Under the pieces are notes generated by a model, which worked only from the letters and a program-made list of their open reading frames with translations, searched no databases and was not told where the DNA came from. The position numbers and the translations under genes are program-made. A DNA stretch of 34,727 nucleotides from positions 1-34,727 of the IMG/VR virus record IMGVR_UViG_3300020161_000999, one strand, 5' to 3'. Positions 24,135 to 32,874 of this stretch are shown here, piece by piece (within the stretch, counting starts at the first letter, position 1; every line of letters begins with the position of its first letter). This stretch comes from a virus. Taxonomy: Duplodnaviria; Caudoviricetes.

Positions 24135-25042
24135 AGAACGCCTCCTGTCCAATCGGGCAGCGTGCGTGGCGGGAAACCGGCGTAGCCCGACAGGGCGAAG
24201 GAGTCCTCACCCTGGAGCATTGACGTGCAGGTGGCGGCCTCGACCCACCCGGCCGACCGTTGGAACTGCGGCGGGAGGTTCGGGTCTACGCTGCCCTGGT
24301 AGCAGTCGCCCCACGAGTTGACGCACAGCAGGGCGGGCTTCGGATTCCACCGCACGCCCGCGAACATCATGCAGTGCGCCCACTGGCCCATCGGCGTGAG
24401 GTAGCCGTCCCTGAGCGTCATGCTGAAGCCACGCATGGAGCACACGGCCACGGGGTAGCCGTTCTGGATCGCACGAGCGGCCGACTCAAAGTCCTTGACG
24501 AGGGCCACGCTGCTCACCTTGTGCTTCGCGGCGAACGGCTCGAACCGATCCGGCACGCCGTCGCGGCCCCATTCCTTCTCCCGCTGGCCCGAGTTGTCGG
24601 TGAACGTCACCCCGTCGTAGTTGATGCCGTAGTGCAGCGTGCCGTAGTTCGTGACGGCCTTCGCCGCTGCGCCGCCGTAGGAGCCATCGCCCCCGAGGTT
24701 CCGGCCGCCACGCACCTCGACCCGTGAGAAGGCGTAGACGCTGGCTTCAAGCACCCGGCCGCCGTAACTCTCCGTCTCATTGCGTAACAGGATGTCGCAT
24801 GCGGCGAGGATGTCGCACGACAAGGCCCAGCCCCATCCGACGCAAGACCCTATACGCTGCGATCCACGCTTCCAATCGGGGGCCACCCGCAGCAGGTACT
24901 GCCCGAGGTTCACGTCTCGCGTCTCGTCCAGCACCAGGTCGGGGCCAGCCTGCGCGAGCGTCGGCCGGGCCAGCGACGCGAGAAAATCGTCGGTGCCCTT
25001 CCGGTCGGGCTGATAGCCCATCAAGGGGATGAAGTCGGCCAC
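24131..25042 (-). CDS. Papain-like (C1) cysteine peptidase
   Basis: Q..GSCVGW, AHCM and NSWG catalytic motifs. Confidence 0.85.
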   Translation of the reverse strand: MADFIPLMGYQPDRKGTDDFLASLARPTLAQAGPDLVLDETRDVNLGQYLLRVAPDWKRGSQRIGSCVGWGWALSCDILAACDILLRNETESYGGRVLEASVYAFSRVEVRGGRNLGGDGSYGGAAAKAVTNYGTLHYGINYDGVTFTDNSGQREKEWGRDGVPDRFEPFAAKHKVSSVALVKDFESAARAIQNGYPVAVCSMRGFSMTLRDGYLTPMGQWAHCMMFAGVRWNPKPALLCVNSWGDCYQGSVDPNLPPQFQRSAGWVEAATCTSMLQGEDSFALSGYAGFPPRTLPDWTGGVL

Positions 25043-25045
25043 GGG

Positions 25046-25522
25046 TCAGCCTCCGTTGCCAACGCCAGCCCATGCGATTGCCCGGCACGCCTCGGCGTAG
25101 GCCCGCCGCAGTTCCGGCGTCACCGGCCGCACGTCGAGCCCCACCACGTCTCCCATCGCCTTCTCGACGCCTTCACGCAGGCCAGGGTACTGCCCCGGCT
25201 TCACGCCACCCAGCCGACGCCAGGCGATGTCGAGACTCAAGATCGTGAAGCCCCGCAGTGAACGGGTGTCGGTGAATACGACGGGCTCGCCCTCGGGCGA
25301 CGCCACGACCACGGCGGCCTTCTCCCACGTCGAAGCCCAGATGGCCCGCTCTACGGGGCTCGCCGCTCGCAGGGCCTTCGCAACGTCGGCCACCTTCGTC
25401 TTCATGGCATCACTCACGTCTTCGATCACGAATGTCGGCGCAACCGGCTTCGGCTGCGGCACCCCGAGGACCGCCACGCAGCCCAGCACGAACGCAATGG
25501 TGAGCCGCATGCCCGTAGTCAT
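25046..25522 (-). CDS. Secreted or membrane-anchored hypothetical protein
   Basis: N-terminal hydrophobic segment. Confidence 0.7.
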   Translation of the reverse strand: MTTGMRLTIAFVLGCVAVLGVPQPKPVAPTFVIEDVSDAMKTKVADVAKALRAASPVERAIWASTWEKAAVVVASPEGEPVVFTDTRSLRGFTILSLDIAWRRLGGVKPGQYPGLREGVEKAMGDVVGLDVRPVTPELRRAYAEACRAIAWAGVGNGG

Positions 25523-25797
25523 CGCTTCGCCTTGGTGTTGCCGAGCATCACGTCGAGCAGTTGCTGGCACAGGGCCACGCCCTCGGCACAGCCAGCCGCC
25601 TTCAGCCTCGTGGCTAGGTCAAGCACGACGTGCAGGTCTTTGCCCGTCACGCTTGGGGCCGCTTCACCTGCGGCTTCCACCGCACGGTTTTGCCAGTGGG
25701 CTTGGGCTTTGCGAGCCAGGGCGGCAGCCGAGGGGCCAGCGACGATAGCCACTGCCGCCAGAGCGGCGACGATACGAATGATTCCATCAAGGTTCAC
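25519..25797 (-). CDS. Membrane-anchored hypothetical protein
   Basis: IIRIVAALAAVAIVAG; GGAGG RBS. Confidence 0.7.
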   Translation of the reverse strand: MNLDGIIRIVAALAAVAIVAGPSAAALARKAQAHWQNRAVEAAGEAAPSVTGKDLHVVLDLATRLKAAGCAEGVALCQQLLDVMLGNTKAKR

Positions 25798-26111
25798 TTC
25801 GCCCCCTCCGCTTGCAGCAGGCACCACCGCACGAGGGCTTCGCCTTGCGGCGTCTTCAGCACGTCGGCCAGCAGCCGCACCAGCTGGTCATCGGCCTGCG
25901 AGCTCGTCTTCGAGGCCAGCCACTCAGCGGCATCGCTCACGACAAGGCCGCGCCGGTACGGGTCGGCCTCGTTGACGAACCGCTGGCCGTAGCCGATCAG
26001 CGGAGCCCACGCCTGGAGCAGCGCAAGCTGCTGCCAGATCGAAAGCGTGTTCCCGTACTTGGCGTATTCGTCGGCCGTTCCGGTGTAGTTGGGCAGCGTC
26101 ATGGCGGGCAC
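25794..26111 (-). CDS. Hypothetical protein (105 aa)
   Basis: ORF in a coupled operon; AGGAGG near the start. Confidence 0.7.
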   Translation of the reverse strand: MPAMTLPNYTGTADEYAKYGNTLSIWQQLALLQAWAPLIGYGQRFVNEADPYRRGLVVSDAAEWLASKTSSQADDQLVRLLADVLKTPQGEALVRWCLLQAEGAK

Positions 26112-26114
26112 CTC

Positions 26115-26369
26115 CTACGGTGAGTCTGCCCCGCCGCCTTCCCCCTCTTGCAGTTCGTCGGCCAAGCCGTTCACGGTGTCGTTGCAGAAGTCATAGAACC
26201 AGTCGAAACAGTCCCGCGTTTCCTGCCGGGCCTCCTTCACGTCGAGCCTGTAGTGCCACTTGAAGTGGTCGGCGTCCTTCACGGTCCCGTCGCCTTCGCA
26301 CAGGTAGACGCTGACGTACTTCTGGCTGAAGTCCACGACAATCTTGCCCAGCACGGGGTCACCACTCAT
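26115..26369 (-). CDS. Acidic hypothetical protein (84 aa)
   Basis: ORF in a coupled operon. Confidence 0.7.
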   Translation of the reverse strand: MSGDPVLGKIVVDFSQKYVSVYLCEGDGTVKDADHFKWHYRLDVKEARQETRDCFDWFYDFCNDTVNGLADELQEGEGGGADSP

Positions 26370-26718
26370 GGTCGGGCTCCACGAAGGGCCGCAGGTCGTC
26401 GGGCGTCTGAATCTGGCGGACCTCGAACTGCTGGGGCTTGCTGACCATCCGCATCACGCGGGTGTGTTCGTCCCACCGGGCTTGGATTTCTTTGCACGCC
26501 TGCTCTATCTCGCGGGGCGTGGGGTCACGCATATCGCAGCGCCGGGGCTTGAACCGCAGCCGCCGGTCGTTTCGCAGCGGCAGATCCCAGAGGGTGCGCA
26601 GCCGCAGCACCTGGTCCTTGGTAATCGTCCACCGCTGGCACAGTGCCGAGATCGGCATGTGCGTTTCCCAATCAGCACGGAAGGCCGTGATGCTAATGGT
26701 CGCTGTGACGCCCGCCAT
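26359..26718 (-). CDS. HTH-like hypothetical protein with DPTPxEIE motif
   Basis: Resembles the 29014-29256 protein. Confidence 0.65.
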   Translation of the reverse strand: MAGVTATISITAFRADWETHMPISALCQRWTITKDQVLRLRTLWDLPLRNDRRLRFKPRRCDMRDPTPREIEQACKEIQARWDEHTRVMRMVSKPQQFEVRQIQTPDDLRPFVEPDHEW

Positions 26719-27592
26719 CGGTTTGCTCCAGCCAGTGCATCACCATCCGCATAGCGGGGTCGATGTAGAACCGCTGCCCCGTCCGCTCCGCGATGCTGCG
26801 GTGGAAGGCCACATGCTCGCAGTCCGTTTCGCCGTCGTAGTGCCCACGCAGGAAGGCGAACGTGTCGTAGATCGCCATGCCGCCGAAGGCAGAGCAGACC
26901 GGGAACGGTGGCGAACCCACCGGCGGCAGGTGACTGTGCTTCCACCCGCCGAGGCCAGCGGTGTAGTCATCCCAATACGAGTTCAGGCGGTATGCCCAGG
27001 CGTCGTAGTTCACGAAGTCCGCGACGAGCTTGGGCTTCTTGTCCTCGCCCAACGCCATCACGGGGTGCTGGATCAACGCCACGCCCGCCATGCCATAGGC
27101 GTCGGGCGTCGCGTGCAGCGCCCCGATCCCGTGCATCACGCCCGAGTGGGACCACCCGCCCCATGCGTCGAAGTCGATTACCACCACGAGGTCGTAGGTA
27201 GGGCAGGTGTCGGCCACCCACCGCTGGCACGCCGTGCGGTACTCAGCCAGGGCAATCGTGCGGCGGCCCGCGAACTCCGTGGAGAACTGCTCACGCCCGA
27301 GCCGCTGGCTCGTGAAGGTCGCCTGCCGGTGGGCTGCGGCGAAGTCGGTCAGCACCTGGTCGGTGCCGTCCGTGTTGTCGTTCGTTTCAATGTGCAGCCG
27401 CCACTCGCCGCAGGTCTCGACAAGCTGCTCGAACCGCTTGAGGTTGGCCGCGAGGTGCGGCGCGCAGTTGCGGGCCAGCCCCACGAACGCCACACGCGAG
27501 TCCCTGAAGTGCGACTCGCCCTCCCGCGCCAGCCGCGCGAAGTCGGCGGCGAACGGTTCCAGCGGGTAGATGAGGTGCTGCGGGATGTTCAT
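26693..27592 (-). CDS. Glycosyltransferase, CAP59/GT69-like
   Basis: LARNC, ETNDNTDGT, VIDFD, YD.WA, VCSAFGGMAIY and DCEH motifs. Confidence 0.75.
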   Translation of the reverse strand: MNIPQHLIYPLEPFAADFARLAREGESHFRDSRVAFVGLARNCAPHLAANLKRFEQLVETCGEWRLHIETNDNTDGTDQVLTDFAAAHRQATFTSQRLGREQFSTEFAGRRTIALAEYRTACQRWVADTCPTYDLVVVIDFDAWGGWSHSGVMHGIGALHATPDAYGMAGVALIQHPVMALGEDKKPKLVADFVNYDAWAYRLNSYWDDYTAGLGGWKHSHLPPVGSPPFPVCSAFGGMAIYDTFAFLRGHYDGETDCEHVAFHRSIAERTGQRFYIDPAMRMVMHWLEQTDGGRHSDH

Positions 27593-28116
27593 CGTCTCAC
27601 CGCCACGGCCACGCCGTAAGGCTCAAGCACCTGCCGCCAGACGGCGAGCTCGGCCCGCCGTTCCTCCACCCATTCATCGAAGCAGGTCAGCAGGTACGGG
27701 TGAGCCGGGTGCGTGATGTCATGGAAGGCGATGCAACCGCCGGGTCGGCAGAGCGGCCACACGTTCCGCAGGTCGGCCATGCCGCCCTCGTAGGAGTGGT
27801 CCCCGTCCACGAGGATCAGGTCGAACTGCTGGGTCAGCGTCGGGATCGTCTCTTTCGAGTCACCGTCGAGGTAGCGAACCTCGCCCGTGTAGAGCATCCC
27901 CGCCAGCAGCCGGTCGATGTGCTCGTGCGAGCCGCGCGCGGAGCCGCCCCATTCGCCGCCCCATGTGTCGGCGCAGACCACCGACTCCAAGGCCGGGGCG
28001 TTCTCCACCACCACCCGCAGGCTGCCGCCGTCACGGGTGCCGATCTCAAGGTATGACCGCACCGTGTTCTCTTGGCAGTGCTCGGCCAGGAAGTCGTAGA
28101 GGCTTTGGTTGCTCAT
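27589..28116 (-). CDS. Class I SAM methyltransferase (Methyltransf_24-like)
   Basis: LEIGTRDGGS, FDLILVDGDHSY and PGG.IAFHD motifs. Confidence 0.88.
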   Translation of the reverse strand: MSNQSLYDFLAEHCQENTVRSYLEIGTRDGGSLRVVVENAPALESVVCADTWGGEWGGSARGSHEHIDRLLAGMLYTGEVRYLDGDSKETIPTLTQQFDLILVDGDHSYEGGMADLRNVWPLCRPGGCIAFHDITHPAHPYLLTCFDEWVEERRAELAVWRQVLEPYGVAVAVRR

Positions 28117-28520
28117 TGGATTCGCACGGTCGTGCGTGCCTCCGTGCCGTATGACTTCTCCACCACCAACTTCGCCACCTGCGAGTCATCCCCGAACGCC
28201 ACGCCGTTCAAGGCGTCGAGGCACGCCTTGGCCGCGTTGTCCACGTCGCATCGGGGCAAAAGCGGCGCACCTTTTCGCAGCCCCTTCTTGGTGAGGTGCG
28301 AGGCCGGGCGGGCGAAGACGAGATCCAAGATCACCGTGAGCGGCTCCGTGGTGGTCGGCGTGGCCCCGGCTTCGAGGGCCGCCGCTGCGATGGCTTGGCG
28401 GTACGCATGCACCGGGTGACGCCCCGGCACATACGCCCGAGCGAACCCGCCCCGCGTCGAGACTCGCGGCCTCGGCTGTGGGACGGGATCGCCCGGCACG
28501 GAAAACGTCAGCGGGTTCAA
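28113..28520 (-). CDS. rusA: RusA-family Holliday junction resolvase
   Basis: PVPQPRPR, DVDNAAKACLDAL and DDSQV motifs; TTG start. Confidence 0.9.
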   Translation of the reverse strand: MNPLTFSVPGDPVPQPRPRVSTRGGFARAYVPGRHPVHAYRQAIAAAALEAGATPTTTEPLTVILDLVFARPASHLTKKGLRKGAPLLPRCDVDNAAKACLDALNGVAFGDDSQVAKLVVEKSYGTEARTTVRIQ

Positions 28521-28666
28521 GTGGCCCTCGCTGCGAGGTACAGGCCCACGTTGGCGAAGCTGTACCCCAAGTAGGCGAGGGCGAGGCCCGGCTTGTTGTG
28601 CAGGGCCAGGTCGGCCGCCACGACGAGATAGATGCCGCCCGTCAGGGCGATGAGCCACGGGGCCAT
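28517..28666 (-). CDS. 49-aa two-TM membrane protein
   Basis: MAPWLIALTGGIYLVVAA...LAYLGYSFANVGLYLA; TTGA overlap with rusA. Confidence 0.65.
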   Translation of the reverse strand: MAPWLIALTGGIYLVVAADLALHNKPGLALAYLGYSFANVGLYLAARAT

Positions 28667-28669
28667 GCG

Positions 28670-28963
28670 TCACCTGTAGCGAATCACGGCGTACCAGCGG
28701 CGAGTGACCGGCGAGTAGGCCACGCCCTCTTCCACGATTTGCTTCTTCCCGAAGAAGCAGCAATTCCTTCTTGCCGCCTCGGGCGTCGAGCCCATGCCGA
28801 TGCCTTCGGTCTGCGAGCACTGGCTATGCACCAGCGCCCCACGGCGGGCGATGATCGTGGCGTGGTCTTGAGCCGAGATCACGGCAGGGCCACGCACGAC
28901 AACGGTCTGGCCGTGAACAAGCGAAGCGGTGAGGGCGAACAGGACGACGAAGGCAAAACGCAT
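28670..28963 (-). CDS. Secreted small protein, possible minimal CAP domain
   Basis: Signal peptide; H...H...EGIG...GVAY...WYAV pattern; AGGAG RBS. Confidence 0.6.
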   Translation of the reverse strand: MRFAFVVLFALTASLVHGQTVVVRGPAVISAQDHATIIARRGALVHSQCSQTEGIGMGSTPEAARRNCCFFGKKQIVEEGVAYSPVTRRWYAVIRYR

Positions 28964-29013
28964 GGCGTTGCTCCTGGGGTTGCGATACCAACGCCGGGAG
29001 TGTGCCGAACGTG

Positions 29014-29256
29014 TCAAGCCAACGGCTCGGCGCGCCGCTCCGCATAGTGCCGCTCACGGCACTCGCGCGCCCGCTCTTCGATTTCCTCGGGCGTGGGGTC
29101 CGCAGGCCGCTTGCGGTACTTGCACTCACGATCAGCGATCCCGTGAAGGCGGCGCAGTTCGTGGAGTTTGTGCCGCCGGATGCCGAGGTGCGCAGCGATT
29201 GCATCCGCTGGCACCCCGGCATCCCACATGCGGCGAAGCTCTTCGATGTCTGGCAT
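29014..29256 (-). CDS. HTH protein (GcrA-N-like)
   Basis: LRRMWDAG..ADAIAAHLGI. Confidence 0.65.
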   Translation of the reverse strand: MPDIEELRRMWDAGVPADAIAAHLGIRRHKLHELRRLHGIADRECKYRKRPADPTPEEIEERARECRERHYAERRAEPLA

Positions 29257-30368
29257 CAGTCCTTCGCCAGAGGCATCACCACGCCAGTGCAGTCGCCGCA
29301 CCGGAAGACCACGGCGCTCTGAGCGTCCACGGCCTCCACCTCCACCGGCTCGGCCTCATCCACGCCACGCAGGAACTCAGCGACGAAGCCGGGGTCGAGG
29401 GCCACCACCGCCGTCTGCCCCGCTTCGAGCACGGGGCACGTCACGCTCGACTCGCCCGCCTCGGTGCTCTTGGCCGTCAGGTGGACGCCTTCGCCCGTGA
29501 AGGCGAACGTCACACCCTTCGACTGCTCACTGGTGCAGACCGCAGCCGCCCGCGTCGCCGCGAGGAGCTCGGCCCCGTTCACGAGCGACGCCTTCGCGTC
29601 CCGCTCGGGGATCACGTCACGCCACCGGGGGAAGCGGCCCTCGACCAGCCGGGCCGTCACCACGGTGCCGTCGATGGTCGCCACCACCTCGTTGGGCGTG
29701 GCCTCCAGTTGCACCGCCCCTTCGGAGTGCGAGGCGATGCTGCTGATGGTGAGGATGGCCCGCGCCGGGATCAGCGTCGTCGAGTCGTCCACGGCCTGGT
29801 CAACTTCGATGCCGTAGGACGAGAGCCGCCGCCCGTCCGTGCCGACGAGCGTTACCGTGCCGTCCGCCACCTCCACGAGCACCGCCCCGAGGGCGAAGCG
29901 GCTCGACTCGTTATCCGTGGCGTATGCCACCGCCTTCACCGCACGCACGAACTGGTCGCACGGGATGCGGCAGATCGGCCGCACGGTGGGCGGCTCCCAC
30001 TGTGGGAATTCGGCCGCGTCCTCCGTGGGCAACGTCCAGGTGCCGCCACCCACGGCCACCATGCAGGACGTGTCGCCCGGCGTCAGCGTCACCTCGTCAC
30101 CAGAGGCGGCCCCGAGGATCGCCTGAAGGCGGCCGAACGGCAGCAGCAGCGGGGCGTCGGTGTAGGGCACCTCGGCCGAGATCTGAAGCTCAAGGTCGCT
30201 GGCCGTGATCCCGCCGTTGTGCAGCAGGACGTTCAGCAGGATCGGCTTCGGGCTTCGGCTGGGCACGGCGGCACGGACCGTGGCCAGAGCAGCCCGCAGC
30301 GTTGCGGTCGGCAGGGACGTGCCAGTAGTCCGAGCCTTTCGTCGTTCCTTCGTTGCTGTTGCGGTCAT
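29256..30368 (-). CDS. dnaN: DNA polymerase III beta sliding clamp
   Basis: PILLNVLL, ASDLE, GTDGRRL and RLVEGRFP.W..VIP motifs; VVMPL C-terminus. Confidence 0.92.
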   Translation of the reverse strand: MTATATKERRKARTTGTSLPTATLRAALATVRAAVPSRSPKPILLNVLLHNGGITASDLELQISAEVPYTDAPLLLPFGRLQAILGAASGDEVTLTPGDTSCMVAVGGGTWTLPTEDAAEFPQWEPPTVRPICRIPCDQFVRAVKAVAYATDNESSRFALGAVLVEVADGTVTLVGTDGRRLSSYGIEVDQAVDDSTTLIPARAILTISSIASHSEGAVQLEATPNEVVATIDGTVVTARLVEGRFPRWRDVIPERDAKASLVNGAELLAATRAAAVCTSEQSKGVTFAFTGEGVHLTAKSTEAGESSVTCPVLEAGQTAVVALDPGFVAEFLRGVDEAEPVEVEAVDAQSAVVFRCGDCTGVVMPLAKD

Positions 30369-30477
30369 CGTTCGATTCCTTTCGTTTGAGGGATGCACCA
30401 ACCAGAATTCCCAGCGTGAACGTGGCCGCGTTGGCCGCGATTCCTGCCGAGACAAGGACGAGATCGGAGAGCGTCAC
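30190..30477 (-). CDS. Hypothetical single-TM protein overlapping the dnaN start
   Basis: GTGA overlap, GGAGG RBS, hydrophobic N-terminus. Confidence 0.5.
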   Translation of the reverse strand: MTLSDLVLVSAGIAANAATFTLGILVGASLKRKESNDDRNSNEGTTKGSDYWHVPADRNAAGCSGHGPCRRAQPKPEADPAERPAAQRRDHGQRP

Positions 30478-30665
30478 GAGCGGGCCTCCAGTTGTTCGAG
30501 CACGCCCGCCTGCCGCACGAGCCGGGCATGCAGGGCACGGATGGTGTCGGCTGCCCACTCCAGCCGCAGCCGGGAGTCGTCATCAATGGCGTCGAGCCAT
30601 GCGGCCTGGGCACACAAGTCGGCCACGATCAGCGGCGCGGGGGCCGGGTACGGGTTCTCAGACAT
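30474..30665 (-). CDS. Hypothetical protein (63 aa)
   Basis: Coupled ORF with GGAGG RBS. Confidence 0.65.
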   Translation of the reverse strand: MSENPYPAPAPLIVADLCAQAAWLDAIDDDSRLRLEWAADTIRALHARLVRQAGVLEQLEARS

Positions 30666-30882
30666 CCACCACCTCCACGCTGCGGGCCTTGTTCGGGTTG
30701 CGACGCAGGTAGCCCTTCTTTTCGAGGGCGTTCAGGTGGCACTGCACGCCGTTGGGCGAGGCGATGCCGTGGGCCGCTGCGATCTCTCGCACGGTCGGGG
30801 CCGCGAGACGCGAGTTCTCACGGATCCAGTCGAGAAGCTCACGCTGGCGGGCGGTCAACGGAGGGCGGGCTGTTGCGGTCAT
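30658..30882 (-). CDS. LexA-type DNA-binding domain protein lacking the peptidase domain
   Basis: LTARQ.ELL..I...PTVREIA...SPNGV..HL.ALEKKGYL.R...KARS. Confidence 0.88.
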   Translation of the reverse strand: MTATARPPLTARQRELLDWIRENSRLAAPTVREIAAAHGIASPNGVQCHLNALEKKGYLRRNPNKARSVEVVDV

Positions 30883-31727
30883 GCGATTCCTTTCGCTGCT
30901 GTTGTCACCTTCGCGGCAAGCGCACGACGTGTACGCTCGAACGCCAGGGCGTCGTCACCTGTAAATGCCTTCGGGGGCGGCGAGCCGTCGCCGAAGTCGC
31001 GGCCACGCTGCGGCTCGCCCTTCGGGTTGTCGAACGACCCGCCCAGCACCTTGTGAGCCCAGCCGGGCTTCACGAACTGGATAAGCGTCATCGGGGTCTT
31101 GAAGTACCGGCACTCGCCGATACGCCCGATGGCCTCCATCGCCACCTCAAACCAGCCGGGTTCGGCCAGCCGGTCTTCCCATCCGTCCGGCGGCGTTGGC
31201 GGGGTCCACCTGCGACCCTTGCCAGCGTTCCATGCCGCTCGGAGTTTCTCCCAAGCCTCGTGCGGAGGAAGATGAAGAGATTCTTCTAATCTCTCATCTC
31301 CTCTGCGACGCTCGGGCGTCGGATCGTCCGACGCTGGGGCGTCGGAGCCACCTTGCCTGCGTTTGCGGCCGGGATTCCGCTCTTCGTGATCCCGGCTGCG
31401 GTCGGCTTGCTGGGCTCTCGACTTGGCCGCCTGGCTAAACCGGCGATCCCATCCGGGGACAGCAACGGTAGCGACCGTCTCGTCGATCTCCAGCCAGCCC
31501 ACGCTTGCCACTGCGTTCCAAAAGTCCTCTGTAGCCCCGCAGGTTCGCACCAGGCGGGGGATCGTCATGCGGGCCGTGCCATCGGCACAGTGCATAGATG
31601 CCCAGCCCCAGAGGTTCAGGAGGTTGAACACCACGTCCTGCACAGGCAGGCCCGTCGTGTCGATGAGCTCCTGCACCTCGGGCTTCTGAGGTAGGGCCAA
31701 GTCGTAGGCGATCCATTCACCGGCCAT
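30879..31727 (-). CDS. Phage replication initiator-like protein
   Basis: MAGEWI...KPEV...LWGW...VGWL N-terminus typical of phage replication proteins; position. Confidence 0.65.
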   Translation of the reverse strand: MAGEWIAYDLALPQKPEVQELIDTTGLPVQDVVFNLLNLWGWASMHCADGTARMTIPRLVRTCGATEDFWNAVASVGWLEIDETVATVAVPGWDRRFSQAAKSRAQQADRSRDHEERNPGRKRRQGGSDAPASDDPTPERRRGDERLEESLHLPPHEAWEKLRAAWNAGKGRRWTPPTPPDGWEDRLAEPGWFEVAMEAIGRIGECRYFKTPMTLIQFVKPGWAHKVLGGSFDNPKGEPQRGRDFGDGSPPPKAFTGDDALAFERTRRALAAKVTTAAKGIA

Positions 31728-31739
31728 CGACGGCCTCCT

Positions 31740-32468
31740 TTATGTGCCAATCCTGTATTCAGGCGCGCACCACTCGCTTTGCCATTCCAGCGGCTCGCTC
31801 AGCGCGAACATCTGATACCACTCGCGGAAGTAGGCTAGCGCGATGTGCTCGCTCTCAACGACGACCGCGTTTTCGCGGCTGCGAGTTCCGTTTGCAGTTG
31901 GATTGAACGATCCAGTCCACACAGCCTTGGGCTTTGGCTGCCACTGATACCAAGGGTCTTCGCCGCCTAGTTCCCGCACGTCGCAAAACACAAGAAACTT
32001 GTGGTGCATTCGCGGGAACGCTGGATGCCTGTCGGAGTTGTGATTCCCCACACAGCGCACTGGCTGCATCTGCCCTTCGTCCATGCACACGCTGAGTTCT
32101 GGCATCAACGCCACCTTAGCGCACTCGTGCCTGCCCATCGGGCAGCGAAGCGTCGAATACAAGGCGTGTAGTCTTGATTTCCAGCCGCGAGAAGACACAG
32201 CATCCGGCCGCAGGAAATCCTCTTTCTGGCAGATGATTTGGCAGCCGCCCCAAATGCTGCCTAAAGACTCAATGACGCGCTCGTGCGTCAGCCACGCGCA
32301 ACAGCCAACCACAAATTCGCTTTGCGATATGTGATAGGCCAAAGGCGACGCCAATTCGCCGAAATAGGCCTTGACGTTGACGCCATCGTCAGCCCATGGC
32401 TCGTTTTCCACAGCCACGTCAGGGCCGTCTGCGTTGAATATCGCAAGTTTCGTAAAGTCGAAATCCAT
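31740..32468 (-). CDS. Phospholipase D-family (single HKD) nuclease-like protein
   Basis: HHKFLVFCD, WTGSFN and ENAV motifs; AGGAG RBS; lower GC. Confidence 0.85.
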   Translation of the reverse strand: MDFDFTKLAIFNADGPDVAVENEPWADDGVNVKAYFGELASPLAYHISQSEFVVGCCAWLTHERVIESLGSIWGGCQIICQKEDFLRPDAVSSRGWKSRLHALYSTLRCPMGRHECAKVALMPELSVCMDEGQMQPVRCVGNHNSDRHPAFPRMHHKFLVFCDVRELGGEDPWYQWQPKPKAVWTGSFNPTANGTRSRENAVVVESEHIALAYFREWYQMFALSEPLEWQSEWCAPEYRIGT

Positions 32469-32481
32469 ATCATTGCTCCTA

Positions 32482-32874
32482 TTAACCAAACAGGTCTTGC
32501 TGGCGAAGAGAATCTGGCGCTTGCTTCCCCTGAAACACATGCCACGCATCCACCCACTTGCGAAAAGACGTGGGCTTTATCACCGTGAGCAGCGTGCCAC
32601 GCGGAGTGCGAAGCAGAGTCTCGGGGATTAGGTACAGGGTTCCGCGATAGTCCAGCGCGAGAACGTCCCAATCACCTCTCTTGTATCTCTTCTGCCCCTT
32701 GGCGATCCGCACGCGGCCGTTCTCGTCGAACTGCTTGCTTTTGCACTGGACCCGCACGCCATCGACGACAACATCGTGCGGCCTGTGGCCAGTGACGCGA
32801 AACGCCTTGTGCCCGTGGTGCTTCGCTCGCTGCACGAACTCAGACTCAAACGCAAAGCCTTGCTCTCTGCTCAC
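32482..32874 (-). CDS. PD-(D/E)xK-like endonuclease
   Basis: G.AFE...PHDVVVDG.RVQCK...Y..GDWDVL. Confidence 0.65.
   Translation of the reverse strand: MSREQGFAFESEFVQRAKHHGHKAFRVTGHRPHDVVVDGVRVQCKSKQFDENGRVRIAKGQKRYKRGDWDVLALDYRGTLYLIPETLLRTPRGTLLTVIKPTSFRKWVDAWHVFQGKQAPDSLRQQDLFG

Noticed and set aside
32117-32124. Sixth TAGCGCAC copy
   Set aside because: Isolated and inside the PLD coding sequence; about one chance hit is expected in a genome this size.
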